A stretch of DNA of 64,000 nucleotides from Albugo candida. Its lineage: Eukaryota. Under the pieces are notes generated by a model. The model ran no database searches and was not told the DNA's origin. It saw only the letters and a program-made list of their open reading frames with translations. The stretch is taken from contig JBDOQK010000007.1 in the NCBI GenBank assembly GCA_040437565.1, positions 434,001 through 498,000 on the forward strand, in the 5' to 3' direction. Of this stretch, positions 13,345-25,964 are shown one piece after another (positions within the stretch are counted from its first letter, which is position 1; the number at the start of each line of letters is the position of its first letter). Position numbers and translations under genes: made by a program.

Positions 13345-13840
13345 TATACATTTAGTTTTGCTTGCATAGCAGGATTAAATTGAATATAATTGTTTCTTAG
13401 TGGTGATGTACAACATCATGCGTATGAATGTTGAATTGCTAGTAAACTTGGGCCGGATGGACATGGACATTATCACAAGTACAGCGTAATCAGATTGAGC
13501 CATCCTGTGAATCAAAAGACGTGATCCATGCATCGTCGTAAAGTCAGCATTACTTGGCGATCATTATCGCAGTAGCCGGCAATATATGAAATGAAAGATG
13601 CACAAAGTCAAGGTTTGCACAAGGTGTAAAGCAACATGCTCGATTCTTTGAATAACGTCATATTAATTACAATTAAGTTATAGCAGAACGATCTAGTTGC
13701 ATTTACTAAGCCTTGTTTCCATGCTCATATCTCTCGGGCTTCACTTCCAACGATTCTTCTGACTTCGCAGGGTACCGATAGTATTTTCAAACCCGTCGCT
13801 TGATATAAGTAGCTCACTCATCATAAGTACTTCTTCCAAT

Positions 13841-15151
13841 TCAAAAGCTTTGAACGCGCGTTCTCAATTCGTTCATCCTGCTTCTCGAAACGTCGAACAT
13901 ATACTTGTTTGAATACGCTTGATCATTCGCCACTGCTTCGTTTTCATCGAACTCCGGTCTGTATATGCGTGTATCCATGGGAATACTCAGTTCAAGCAAT
14001 TCGGTCGAAAAAGACTCTTCATCCGATTCGAAGCCTCTCGACTGTTCTTCCTCGATGCATGTTGTAAAATCCTTCGCCCCGAATTCCGACACGTCGAACG
14101 TATGGTGCTTAGACCCTGCTTTATCTCTCTTCTCCGCTTCGTCGTAATCGTAATTCGGGCAGTAGACGCAATTTTCCATCGATACACTGAGCCAGAGCAA
14201 TTCGGTCGCAGTAGAGTCTTCACTGGATGCATACTCTTCGTTTTTTTTCTCCTTGACACTTTCTGCTGTGTTCTTCTCACCAATATCCAAAGACTCGAAC
14301 GTATGCTTTTCTGAATTCACTGTTTCTTCCGTTTTTGCTTCGCTTTCATCATAATCCATGCTGTATTTGCACACTTTAATGGCACTGTGCGGCTGAAGTG
14401 ATTTCAGGGAAACAGGCTCTTCATCTGATTGATAATCTTTGTGTTCTTCCCCCGCAATGCACGTTCTGATCTCTTTCGTTGGTGTCATCATCATAGACTT
14501 GGCTGGCTCCACATCGTATTTGGTATCCTCTTCGCCCTCACCGTTGTCCAAGTTGCATGCGTTGCACAAGCATGTCTTCGTTGCTCCCACTCTCCGTCTC
14601 ATCTGAGCCATATCGATCTTCGCCTCCTCAAGCTCCCTCATCAGCTTCTCCACCTTTTCACATTCTTCCTTTTTTGCCTGGGTAGCTTCGTTCATCTTGG
14701 TCTCATTCTTGACATTCCGAAGCACATTCGCATCCAGTCGCAGCTGTAGGTTCTTGATTGTGCTATGAGCGGACCCAATGTACTTCATGGCGTCTTCATA
14801 TTTCTTTGTCACGTTGACGAGTGCGAACGACAAGTCCTCGTTCCTCTTCTCGAGCTGACGTGCTTTTTCGGTCGCTTCTTGTAGTTTCGCTGTCGTATCC
14901 TTTAACAAGCGCTCCAGTTTTTCCTCTTTCGCTTCCTGCTGGCTCCTTCTCGTTTCTGGCCTCGCTGAAGTTGCTGTATTTCCATTGTTGCGGTGCGCCG
15001 TTCGAATTCGCTGCCTCGTTGAAGCTGCTTCCTGTCGGTTTGCTGTAGAAGGTGTTGCCGGTGCCGTCGGAGTCTTTCGAAGGATGTATCCTCCTCCAAC
15101 ACGCTTCATCATCGACGGCGTGGTTGTTGTAGATTTTGATCTCGGTTGCAT
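13841..15151 (-). CDS. Hypothetical coiled-coil protein with three acidic 67-aa C-terminal repeats
   Basis: Uninterrupted ORF of about 436 codons from ATG 15151, with heptad-rich E/K segments and visible internal repeats. Confidence 0.7.
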   Translation of the reverse strand: MQPRSKSTTTTPSMMKRVGGGYILRKTPTAPATPSTANRQEAASTRQRIRTAHRNNGNTATSARPETRRSQQEAKEEKLERLLKDTTAKLQEATEKARQLEKRNEDLSFALVNVTKKYEDAMKYIGSAHSTIKNLQLRLDANVLRNVKNETKMNEATQAKKEECEKVEKLMRELEEAKIDMAQMRRRVGATKTCLCNACNLDNGEGEEDTKYDVEPAKSMMMTPTKEIRTCIAGEEHKDYQSDEEPVSLKSLQPHSAIKVCKYSMDYDESEAKTEETVNSEKHTFESLDIGEKNTAESVKEKKNEEYASSEDSTATELLWLSVSMENCVYCPNYDYDEAEKRDKAGSKHHTFDVSEFGAKDFTTCIEEEQSRGFESDEESFSTELLELSIPMDTRIYRPEFDENEAVANDQAYSNKYMFDVSRSRMNELRTRVQSF

Positions 15152-16134
15152 ATTCTGTTTGAGGTCAAATTTCAAAGTGAGGAGAAAATACGTTCGTAGA
15201 AAAGCAGTGGCACTTACATAGCTTCAGTCCCCTCAAGTCTCTTAGCATGATGGTTTTTGACATCCTCCATGGAAGAGCCGATCATGTTGCTTGGTATCTC
15301 ATTCTGACCTGACAATATCGATGCGGATAGTGCGTCTCGCCTTGTGAATGAATCATCTCATAGAGTAGTGATACATGCCGTCTATCGCTGGCAAACCTGT
15401 CGAGAGCTCTCGATGCATCGATCCTTTTACCACCCAAGAGCTCTTGGGCTAAAAATAGGATCGCCTGACGATCGCTACAATATGTATCAATCCAATGAGG
15501 TTGATAGTCACGCTATTGTCTTGAGATAATGGCAATGATTTTGGCGTCGGCATCTTTGGTATGATGTGCCAAGACGTATGATCTAAGGGAAGGATCAAAT
15601 GCTGGGATGCATGAAAGCAGCGACGTCAAAATGGGCATGTTCGGCGGCAATACTTGACCAAGTATATACCCGTATCAGGTGTCTCAGTTGCATGGGAGCT
15701 TTCATTTCGTAGTCATCTTTTTGCTTACTTCTTCATGACGTCTAGCAATATCGTCTTCAACGACGAGCGATGTGGCTACGTGCAATATAGAGATTTGTAG
15801 AACGAGAATTGGAGCATGACAAACTGAGCATATCCTTTCGGATGATAACATCTTTATTACATTCTTTGACATTCCGATTTAGCAAACATGCATTGAAAAA
15901 CGACGCGCAACGACCATCGTAACACGTTCGTTTGCAAGGCTTCATAATTTAATTCGTGGCATGCACTGCCAAGCCAAAACAACCGTCGTCGAAATCTTTC
16001 TTCCTTTCTGCTTTGAAGTGCAAGCACGAATAGCCTTCATTATCTTTCTAACCTGATGATTCTATGATCGTAATGGCGATTCGCTTCGAGTCTTGGAAGA
16101 AGCGCTCCATGTCTTCGTTTCCTTTTGTTCGGGT

Positions 16135-16630
16135 CGAACAGTGATTGGAAAGAAATAACCTGCCACATCTTGAAGAAGCCAGCAGAACAGTGATGCAACC
16201 AATTCCAGCCGAGTGATTTGAGAATTGAAGAAATATATGGAATTGTATCTGTCAACACATGCAACCCCCAAAGATTTGGAACACTTGCTCAAGGCAGCAG
16301 CCGCTTGCAGAATAAGAAATATCAGATAAAGTGGATCAGCGTCAGAGGAACAATAAAGTTGGACACACAGAATCAATGTCAACGCGATTGCCCCATCCCA
16401 TTCTCAAGTGGATGCGATACAAGTGCGACTACGCAAGAATTGCGCTGGGAAGATGCGTCTGCCGCCTGCACACGAGAAAAATGGTGCGGTTTTACAGGAG
16501 CATGGAATTATTTAAAGAACATCAGTTTTGTGCTTTTTGAACAAAATGAAGAATTATTCGCATTTTCCCCATTCTATGGAGCTTCATTGATGCGCAAGAG
16601 CGACCACTATTTGAACCTGGTGGTCGACTA
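16135..16630 (+). repeat. Dispersed repeat C; inverted, rearranged copy at ~26296-26768
   Basis: Reverse-complement identity; ORFs 16062-16382(-) and 26527-26886(+) give near-identical translations. Confidence 0.9.
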
Positions 16631-17081
16631 AGTGCAAGTCGAATTGGCAAGGGAATCGTTTATGTGGTGTACCACAAGGACGAACATGTTGCTGGTGCGC
16701 GGAAGATTGCGGAAGGATTGCAGATGCACGAGAAAACCATAAGAGGTCCAATCGGTGCAGTCAAAAAAGCCTTATCGTACACTGGTACTCTTATCGAAGC
16801 TCAAGCTCTATATTGTAGTCGAATGGGCGATGTCAAGCAGCAAATATGAAAAGCCATGAGTATTTGCCTTAGCATTCCATAAAGTTCGACAAGGGAATAT
16901 GATTAACGCTCAGATGGTTGTTCGTATTACGAATGCAATATCAATGGTACTCACAATAGCAGTCCCCATTAAATGATGCGTAATTGAGCACATTAAAACA
17001 TGTAATATAGGTAACGGAGAAGACCCAGAAGTAGTATATACCGACAAGTGGATGAAAAATAATAATTTTCTATGATTTGAT

Positions 17082-18680
17082 TCATTTTTTGATGAAGTCT
17101 CGGATACGTTTCATTGTCTCCTGCACAGTGGCAGCAAACGTATGCGTTTTCGCAGTGGATTTCCCAGAGCTAGCCACTTGCTCCTCTTCTTTCATGAATT
17201 CTTTTACAAGCTCTTCTTGTTTTGGTGTTAATGATCTAACGTAAAAAATCAGTATCAACCGGTTCAATATCGAATTCGCATTGTATACGTACGATGGCAC
17301 ATGAACTTGGAGATTTACCAGCTGAGAGCCACGGCGACTGGAATTTAATTCCTTGACTCCTTTACCGCGCATTTGCATGACTGTGTTAGGTTGGACTCCC
17401 CTTGGAATCTAAGTAGAAGTCGGTCAGCAAATGACGACGCTGCCACATTTGCGATACTCTTACCTTCATTTCGACCTCGCCTGAAAGCGTCGGTACCACA
17501 ACTGTTCCACCGAGAATCGCTTGCCCAATTGAGATCGGAACATCGACCAAAATGTCGTTTTTTCTCCGTTTGAAGAAAGGATCTGCTTCGACTTGAATAC
17601 CAACAAATAAGTGCCCGGAGGGCCCTCCACGAGCACCAGCTTCTCCTTGATGTGCGAGACGAAGATTCAGGCCACTATCCACTCCCTCTGGAATTTTGAC
17701 TTGCACAACTTTAGATTTTTTTACATTTCCCGTCCCGCGACATGTTGTGCATGGAGACTCAATGACACTTCCTTCCCCCTGACATCGTCGACAAGGTGCT
17801 TCTACTGCAAAAAAGCCTTGTTGATGCACTTCCACACCGCTTCCATTGCATGTTCGACATTTGGTTTTCTTGGTGCCAGGCTTTGCTCCACTTCCTGAGC
17901 AAGTATCACAGGTCACTTTGACGGAGATCGGTATATCGCGTGTTGTCCCACGAACGGCCTCCATAAACGATATTTTGAGGTTGACCTGGATATCGGATCC
18001 TCGTTGTGCTTGTCGACCATTCTTGCGGCCTTGTCCGAACATGGATGCAAATTCCCCAAAAATATCCTCAAATCCGCCAGGAAATCCTCCTTCACTGAAA
18101 CCACCTTGCTCATCCACACCAGCATGTCCAAAATTGTCGTACTTTTCCCGTTTCTCATCATCGCCTAGTATTTCCCAAGCTTCGGTTGCCTCGGCAAACT
18201 TCTTGGCAGCTTCTGGGTCGTTTTTGTTAGCATCGGGATGATAACGTTTANNNNNNNNNNNNNNNNNNNNNNNNNNNNNNNNNNNNNNNNNNNNNNNNNN
18301 NNNNNNNNNNNNNNNNNNNNNNNNNNNNNNNNNNNNNNNNNNNNNNNNNNAGCTAGCTGATAATATTGTTTTTTGATATCGTTCTTAGAAGCATCGCGCG
18401 CGACGCCGAGAATATCGTAGTAATCGCGTTTGGATTGAAATTGCGTACACGTTGGATGAAAATTCGCCTTCTGATGCCACGATTGCTTGTTCGATTTGCG
18501 ATCAATTTTGCTTTGGTTTCGAGATGTGTGAAATTGTGCGTGCCGGAACAAAAATGGACCCGAACTGACTGGATTGCATATTTGCAAATTGGGAGCGCAT
18601 TGGTTCCACCGATTCCTTCGTGCTACACGGACAGGAATGCAATCAAAGCTCTGAAGCAAGAGAGTGCTGGAACGCGGCAT
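17082..18680 (-). CDS. Mitochondrial type I DnaJ (Mdj1/DNAJA3-like), two 3' introns; split by a spurious gap
   Basis: Basic presequence, J domain (RDYYDILGV...YHPDANK), G/F region, four CxxCxGxG repeats and a C-terminal domain. The gap at 18251-18350 closes in frame with a 1-nt overlap. Confidence 0.93.
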
Positions 18681-18869
18681 ACTTTGTAAAATGCAATGGA
18701 TACTACCACCTTCGAGAACGCGATGTCCAGTCAACTCTGTAACTTTATAAGTAACCACAGTGTGCTTCATTTAACATATATTTATTAATTATACAAGGAT
18801 GGAACTGATGCAAGCATTTCAGGCGCTTGAAGCATCCTTGCAAGTAATACCGTATCTTGAGATCTGCTG

Positions 18870-19342
18870 CGTTATGTAATTCAGCAAGATTGATTAGGAT
18901 GCTGTGAAAACATATTCTGAAGAGATCGAACATAAGAATCATCTAGATTGTAAATTAGCAGAGCTGCAAGCGCAAATAATCGATGATCAGCGGGAACAGG
19001 AGCACTTATCACTTCAAAACGTACTCCGGATCAACATTTCGTTTCGCGGAAGTAACTCAATCAAAGTAGAAAGTTGTTGCAGTCCATCTTGAAGCAGCTA
19101 TACGTGAGAAGGAGTCCAAGCAGGGATGTATCGATACGCTCCAACAAATGATCGAGGTTCATGTATTCAAATATACATGTGCAATCAACAAATCTATCCG
19201 TATAATTCGTATAGCAAGAAACCTCAACTAAAGTGGCTGAGCTTGTGCAGAGCAGACGGTATACATTCCCGCTTGTATTTCGCTGCTTTGTAACATTCTG
19301 ATAAGCGACAAACTCAACCGGATGACCGACGGTTTGTTGCAT
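18870..19342 (-). CDS. Possible small multi-exon hypothetical gene
   Basis: Canonical-looking GTACG...TTGCAG intron and protein-like exons (LLQDGLQQLSTLIELLPRNEMLIR). I could not close a fully consistent model. Confidence 0.25.
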
Positions 19343-19535
19343 AAATCAGAATCACGCGGTAATTTACATTTCAATCCAAGTTCTTGAGGGGAATATTCAC
19401 CAAGTTAAGGACGAAATGCACTCTTCCCCTCACATTCGCTGAGTCCGATCACATTCTAGTGGCAAAGCCAATTGCGTCAATTGCGCTCGGAACAAAAACG
19501 TAAGCGGTCACCCTTGCACTGAAAAGCGACAATTC

Positions 19536-20020
19536 ATGCACGACTTAGGTAGCGCCGAGGAATTGGAACAGAATATCGCACAAATGGCAAAAAAAGTATT
19601 TAGCATTTCACATACTCACTCGAATCCCTCAACTTCGTGCAGTCGTTACTCACAGCAAAGAAGATTTCAGCTCTTAGGCGCTTTCAAAGTCGACAAAGTG
19701 GTCGTCTGGATGCCTTAAACGCGGAAGTCATACAGCTGGAACAGGAGCTGGACACTCTTGGAAGGGAGAATGAATTTCTTGAACACAAACTTCATGCAGC
19801 AAAGCTGGAGATGCAGAGCAAGAAGTCCCGTAAAACACATGCTCAGTACAAGAGTCCAAGCTTACTTATCGTCGGAGCGCGTGGAAAGAGGGTCAAAACG
19901 TCATCTTCGCGAACAAGTGGCACCATGACGAAAAAGTATGATGCCAACGAACAAAGTCAAATTTCGGAGAACATCACACACGTAATGAAAGATGACGATG
20001 ACTTTAGTTTATCCGATTAA
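19536..20020 (+). CDS. Small coiled-coil hypothetical protein, one intron ~19596-19642
   Basis: ORFs 19536 and 19637 join through a GTATTT...GTGCAG intron; heptad pattern LDALNAEVIQLEQELDTLGRENEFLEHKL. Confidence 0.65.
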
Positions 20021-20141
20021 AAAATAAGTTGGATGGAATCGATTCTCACGATTCTGAACGCAATACGCCAAAAGTATTGTTTTTCTATCGTACATGACGT
20101 CCATATTCCTGTCAACTTAGCTTTCTATAAAGCTTTTCGAG

Positions 20142-22649
20142 TCAGAAGAATCTCCCCATAATCCGTTCGAGCAATTGGCGGTATCCTCGTTGCCCAAGAT
20201 ATTCTCTAAATGGTCCTTTCTCCAAAGCTTGGAAAATTTGGTGCTGGACGGGAGCGAGTAATTCAAATGGAGGATATTCCGTCACTTTGCTGTCCGCGTG
20301 TAGCGCTAAACTGAGTCGTCTATTGATCTGTTCGGAATGGAATGCCTCCTGTAATTCCTGTGCATCCTTTGAGCGTATGACGGGAAGATTCTGGATGGCT
20401 TGAATGATATTCTTGAGATGATTCCAAGCATCACGAGGCGGTCTTTTGGGTCGACCGCTTTCTCGTGCGATCCCTTGCCTTCGAAATGTCTCGCATTCTG
20501 TCCATGTGTCAAGCAAAACCTGAGCATTCGAGCTTTGTACAAAGTCAAAAAATTGCCGACGCGTGTCCTCGCGTGAGAGAATTCGGAGTAGAAGCGGGGG
20601 CTCATTTTCCATCGACACATAGTGCTCGTCTAGTTTATTCACAGTCTATCACGGCACATTGTTAGCGATTCATCGAGAAATCTTTGACAATCTCATACAT
20701 CGTCCGAGATGAGAATCTCCGCCTGATATAATCGATGATTCTCAGTAGAGATTCCAATTTGCACATGAAGCGCATGGATCCACGATAGCATGTCCGATTT
20801 GCTGGTCGTACACAACTTTGCAATACGTTGGTCAAGCACGAAACGCGATACAAATGAAGACGTACCTGATACACTCGACGTGGCGTCCTAAGCTCGAATG
20901 CGAACGGCACTCGCAATTCTGGTCGTGCTTTTGCAAGGTACGCGTTCAAAAGGCTTATGGAAGTGATGTCGCGTTGATCTGTGTTGGCTTTGCAATACAA
21001 CAACTGATCGTCTTTCAACACAAACCAGCGCTTTCGCCATACATTTGGATCCTTCATACTCGCTTTCTGAAGGTATCCACAATGAATTCCCTGCCAGAAA
21101 TACATCTCAATTCACATTACAAATAGGAAATCGATTCGATTTACATTGCCGAGCACTGTGGGTGCAGAGAGAATTCGACTGTTAGGCTCCGATCGGTTTT
21201 CGATATCTTCCTGCAAATTGAGAGGAGTTCCTCGACTATCTTTGAATACAAATTTGAAAGGAGGTCGAGAGCGATGTTTGAGACGCGCATGAGAGTCTTC
21301 GTCGTTTGAAGTCATATTTCGGGTTTCTTTCGTGATAAGAGGGAAAATGAGCTCATCATCGTGAAGCGTTCGAGCCGATACGGATCGAGCTACAAAGATC
21401 GCAGATAAGCTTCTGAATAACGTAATAAGTGGGACGTACTGCTGCTTGACGACGAAGGATACACCATGACCACGATATAGAATCCGAATTCAGCCCGAAC
21501 AAGACTCAGCTTCTTCGCCATCGATCGCCGAACGTTCAGAATGGTTGTAGAATCAGAGACGCGGAAGACTGTGGAGGACATGAAATTTTTATTCTGATAA
21601 TAGATGCGAACGTAGCCAGCTTGTTCGTCGAGACGTATTCGTTGTGGCAAAGAATTCGAATTGGAATCTTTGGGCGCATGAGACTCATTTGAGGGTACAT
21701 CTGCGGCCTCTTTTTCCTCATTTTCATTAGATCCTCTTTTGGACTCTGTTTGGTGAAGCGGGATGATCTCTTTAGACTCGATGGACTCATTTTCGTCTGA
21801 AGTTTTCATAATGTTTTGAGTCTCATGTTCCGCTTTTCTCATTTGAGTTTCTTTTTCTTTCGGAGCAGAATGAGGTTCAAAACTATCGGAACTGATTCGT
21901 TTATCAGCAAACGAACGACTCGAATTGGATGCTGTTATAATATCAGCGTCTGCCTCATGACCATCATTGTGTTTATCTGATTCTATAATTTGATCTTTTG
22001 AGTGATCGTTGGATTTTGTAAACTGTTTCAAAGCTGAATTGGCTCTATTTTGTCGCATGAGAGATGTCTCATCATCGTTGTCGTCTACAATATCATCTTT
22101 CTCCTCTATTGCAGTGCTCCTTCCTTGCGATTGCGCTCGAGCTTGAGAAGATGAGTCCGAGTCGAATTCTGCCTCATCAGAATCATCCTCACGCATTATA
22201 TCCTCAATTTGTGCACTTGAATTTTGTACCGAAAGTTTATCTTCTAATTCATCTTCTGTCGCATCTGCCATTTCATTCGCGCTATCGCAACTTCGAACAG
22301 CAATCACAGAATTAGAGTATTGCGGAGGTCCTTCGAACGGGACTGTTGCGGCAAGGCTGGTTTTACCGCTATCACGAAGCGAGAATGTGGCCTGCCCAAT
22401 AGATCGCGACGAGAAATCATCCATGGTTTTGTTTGTGGTCACGCTTGCATTCAAAGTCATTTCCAAGCTGTCATTTGCGTCAAACTCGGGCACTGCCTCA
22501 TGTGAGGCATCATTGCGTGAGGAAGCTGACAGATTTGAGGGACGCTCACAGTCTGGAGGGGTACTCTGATAATACATTTCTTCATTAAAGGCGTAAGTGG
22601 TTGATGTTATGATATGATCATGTCTTGTAACATCCATCTCGACTTCCAT
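20142..22649 (-). CDS. Multi-exon signalling protein: acidic disordered N-terminus, Ras-association-like, PH and RGS-like domains
   Basis: RA-like GYVRIYYQNKNFMSSTVFRVSDSTTILNVRRSMAKKL; PH GYLQKASMKDPNVWRKRWFVLKDDQLLYCK...FAFELRTPRRVY; RGS-like LLRILSREDTRRQFFDFVQ...LLDTWTECETFR...IFQALEKGPFREYL. Confidence 0.8.
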
Positions 22650-22917
22650 GCGGAAATAGATAATGTCAAGTGGGCTTGCGCAAGTTAACACAACAACATA
22701 CAAAAATCAAGTATGAAAGGGTATTGGCTACTTGTAAGTAAGTATTAGTAAGAANNNNNNNNNNNNNNNNNNNNNNNNNNNNNNNNNNNNNNNNNNNNNN
22801 NNNNNNNNNNNNNNNNNNNNNNNNNNNNNNNNNNNNNNNNNNNNNNNNNNNNNNATTGGCTACTTGTAAGTAAGTATTAGTAAGAACGATAGCAGACCGT
22901 GACACTATAATTCTATT

Positions 22918-24539
22918 CTATAATATCTTTGATCCGAGTCGTAGTTTATTCACTCGTGTTGACCATTGAGTGACAGATCGAGCGAAGTTCAGTGAGTGTA
23001 AAGTCCACAGAGATGATGACATCAGTACGATAGCACCAGTTTGATGCGCAATTCCAAGCGGAATCGGAACGCAGTTTAATAACGTCGTAATTCCCAAAAG
23101 CACCTTCAGAAAAAGTCAGTATGGTCATTCATCAATTCCAAAAGTCCTCAATGACCGACCTGAGACATAACCACTCCCATACTCAAATTCAGCGCCCCTC
23201 GCGCTTGTGAGGGTAATTGTCGCCAAATTTGAGGGCGGCGTGCAAGCGCATACACAAATGAGTACGCGCCCAAAGAACTTGACGCAAGAATGCGATGATC
23301 AAGCTGCACCAGTGCGATATTCTCGAATACGTTCTTGTACAGCGGTCGTAGATCGAATATCTCCTCGGGAATCCACTCGTCGTTCATTTTCGGGAACGTG
23401 TTGTAAGCCATTCCTGCATCCGTTCCGGCCACAAAAGCACCCGATAGGATAGTAAAGCCAAAAAGAGTAGCTGCTCGATGAAAGTATTTGCGAATGCGAA
23501 TTGTCTGCTTGAATACGTCAGGAGTCAACATTTCTCGAACATGAGCGAAATGAGAAGGAGGTTGCAAAAGAGTCAATCCTGTCCATGTAAGCATCGAAAA
23601 AGTCGTGAATGCCAATGTGAGCTACGAAAGACATGTCAGAAGAAGAATATTTAATGTGACGCAACGTACATGCGTAGCGAGCCGATACGGACTCACACGG
23701 ACTTCTTGTCGATGCTCCAGCTGATTACGTCCGTGATCTTCGAGCCCACTTCGGACCATCCACCACCCAATTAATCCCTATGGAATCATTTCAACACGAA
23801 CATAAAGAGCGAGAGCGGATCCAGCTGACCTGAGTCGCGCCAAGTCCGAGTAAAATGGCAAATCGATTCTTTAGCTCAATAGGAATGCGATTTCGCACAT
23901 AAAAGTAAGCTAATGGGAGACCATACACAGCGCCAATCACTCGGCCCAGCATCCGATGTCCATATTCCCACGCATAAATGTACTTGAATTCTGACAATGT
24001 CTACGCAATTCAATTAATTGGAGCGATCACGTAGATGAACGCTTACCATGCTTCCACGTTGTTGAAACTCTGGAAACTCTTTATACTTTTGAAACTCGTC
24101 CTCCCATTCTTCATGACTTAGAGGAGGTAGACTTCCTTGCGGCTTCCAATCCACCATCGAAAGACCCGAACGCGTCAGCCGCGTTGCACCGCCGACCACT
24201 ATTGTGGAGCCCACTAGAGACGCACATCCAAGAAGCCAATACGCCATCCATCGATTTGATGGAACATTATCGATGGTAGAAACGTCCGACGTAGTCTTTC
24301 AAATGAATTAATTGCAAGTTTTTAGAGTGGTGACAAGTGTACCCGACGAACGAAATGGCCAACTTTTGCGAAATTTAACGGTTTTCCGCTACAACGCGTT
24401 ATCGAAGGTAGATGATTGCCTGAGCGCAAAGCGTACTTTGCATGCTCCGTCTTATGCAATGTGTCAGTCAATGTCAATAGCCAAAGAAATAACGTACTCC
24501 GAGCCTGGAAACGTAACTCAATCGACCGACTGAAAACAT
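22918..24539 (-). CDS. COX15: Heme A synthase (cytochrome c oxidase assembly protein COX15), multi-exon
   Basis: VVGGATRLTRSGLSMVDWKP, EFKYIYAWEYGHRMLGR, VSPYRLATH, AFVAGTDAGMAYNTFPKM, VQLDHRILA and GIAHQTGA motifs. Manual splicing gives a presequence starting at ATG 24539. Confidence 0.93.
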
Positions 24540-24629
24540 AACTGATATCTGCAATGATTTATTAAAAATACACTCTGACAACTTCCACATGCCATGTGGA
24601 TGTTGCGCGAACGGAAGTTGTTATCAACC

Positions 24630-25713
24630 TTAAACACCTAGCTTGTCTTTACTGAGCTCATAAGTCGATATCATAATTGCACAAGATGGGGTGACGCGAG
24701 CTAATCGCGCTGTGAGCCCAGAAAACGCACCTGCCCACCCGTGGTTCTTAATCACCTGCTTCAGGATCATTCTACTCGATGCGTTCTTCGGAGCACTTTC
24801 GACTTGTTGTAATGTCTTGACGACATCAAACGGAGTCGTACATAACGCTGCCACCATTCCAGCAATAGCTCCACAAACGAAAGCTCGTTCCACACGACCG
24901 ACATCATAATTTCGGAAGGATTCATTCATACGGGTTTGAGATGTTTCATAACACGACCAATAAATAGCAGAGAATGGAACATCACGCGCTAATGTTGCTT
25001 GAAGGCCTTTGAAAATCGATGACGCGCCTTCATTTCGGATAACATTTTTAAATGTTTTGATCATGTTTTGCTTACCCGAGCTGCTTTGCATTCTCGTCCG
25101 TATCATTTCAATGGGTGATGTGATGGAAGCAGCAACAACTCGAGAAGATGCACCAGCCAGAAAAGGCATTGCAGTTTCTAGTGTTGGAAAGCGTTGGATC
25201 CCTTCCGAATGTAAAAAGTCATACGATATGTAGTACATTACAGTCGAAGGGATGGAATTGATAATCGTTGGAGAAAGTCCCGAGAATAATCCTCGAATTC
25301 CTTCTGTGTGTGCAATATATCGCAACGCCTGTAGGGTCCCATTAAATCTGAACGGAGTCGCAACGCATATCGTGCAGCTCGATCTTCGACAACACGCTGC
25401 AACATGGGATTTTGAGAATAGAGACTTTAAGCCTGTCCGCCGAGCAGATTTCTTCTTACACGCACATCGGCACTGCTCCAGCTATACAGAAGCGCATCGG
25501 TTAATTTCCGATGAGAATGACTTGGGAACGCAGACATACCACGTCGGTTATACTTCCTTTCGGACGATTCAAATCGTAAGATTTCGAGGAAGTCAAACCA
25601 ATTTGGGATTGGAGGCGCACTTTTGCAACATCGAGAGGTGTCACAAAGACAGATGAAATCATCGCCCCTGCGGAGGCTGCAAGCGCCTTCTTGAGCGTTT
25701 GATCAAATTCCAT
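24630..25713 (-). CDS. Mitochondrial carrier, SLC25A39/40 (Mtm1)-like, one intron ~25495-25538
   Basis: Three PxDxxK/R signatures (TPLDVAKVRLQ, SPIEMIRTRMQ, TPFDVVKT), a Cys-containing insertion in repeat 1 and C-terminal PSCAIMISTYE. Confidence 0.9.
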
Positions 25714-25964
25714 TGCGAAAATGACTTACAAGTGCATCTAACCAATCAGAGGTGATAAAGCTCATTATTGACCATTCATGTTTGTGTATAGATATGATTG
25801 GATGGATCCACACGTCAAGTGNNNNNNNNNNNNNNNNNNNNNNNNNNNNNNNNNNNNNNNNNNNNNNNNNNNNNNNNNNNNNNNNNNNNNNNNNNNNNNN
25901 NNNNNNNNNNNNNNNNNNNNNGATTGGATGGATCCACACGTCAAGTGTAAATGCAGTGTACCCT

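Noticed and set aside
18240..18360. Apparent frameshift in DnaJ
   Set aside because: Merging the gap flanks restores QLAKRYHPD; not a pseudogene.
22723..25941. Short direct repeats around gaps 22755-22854 and 25822-25921
   Set aside because: Identical overlaps at contig ends.
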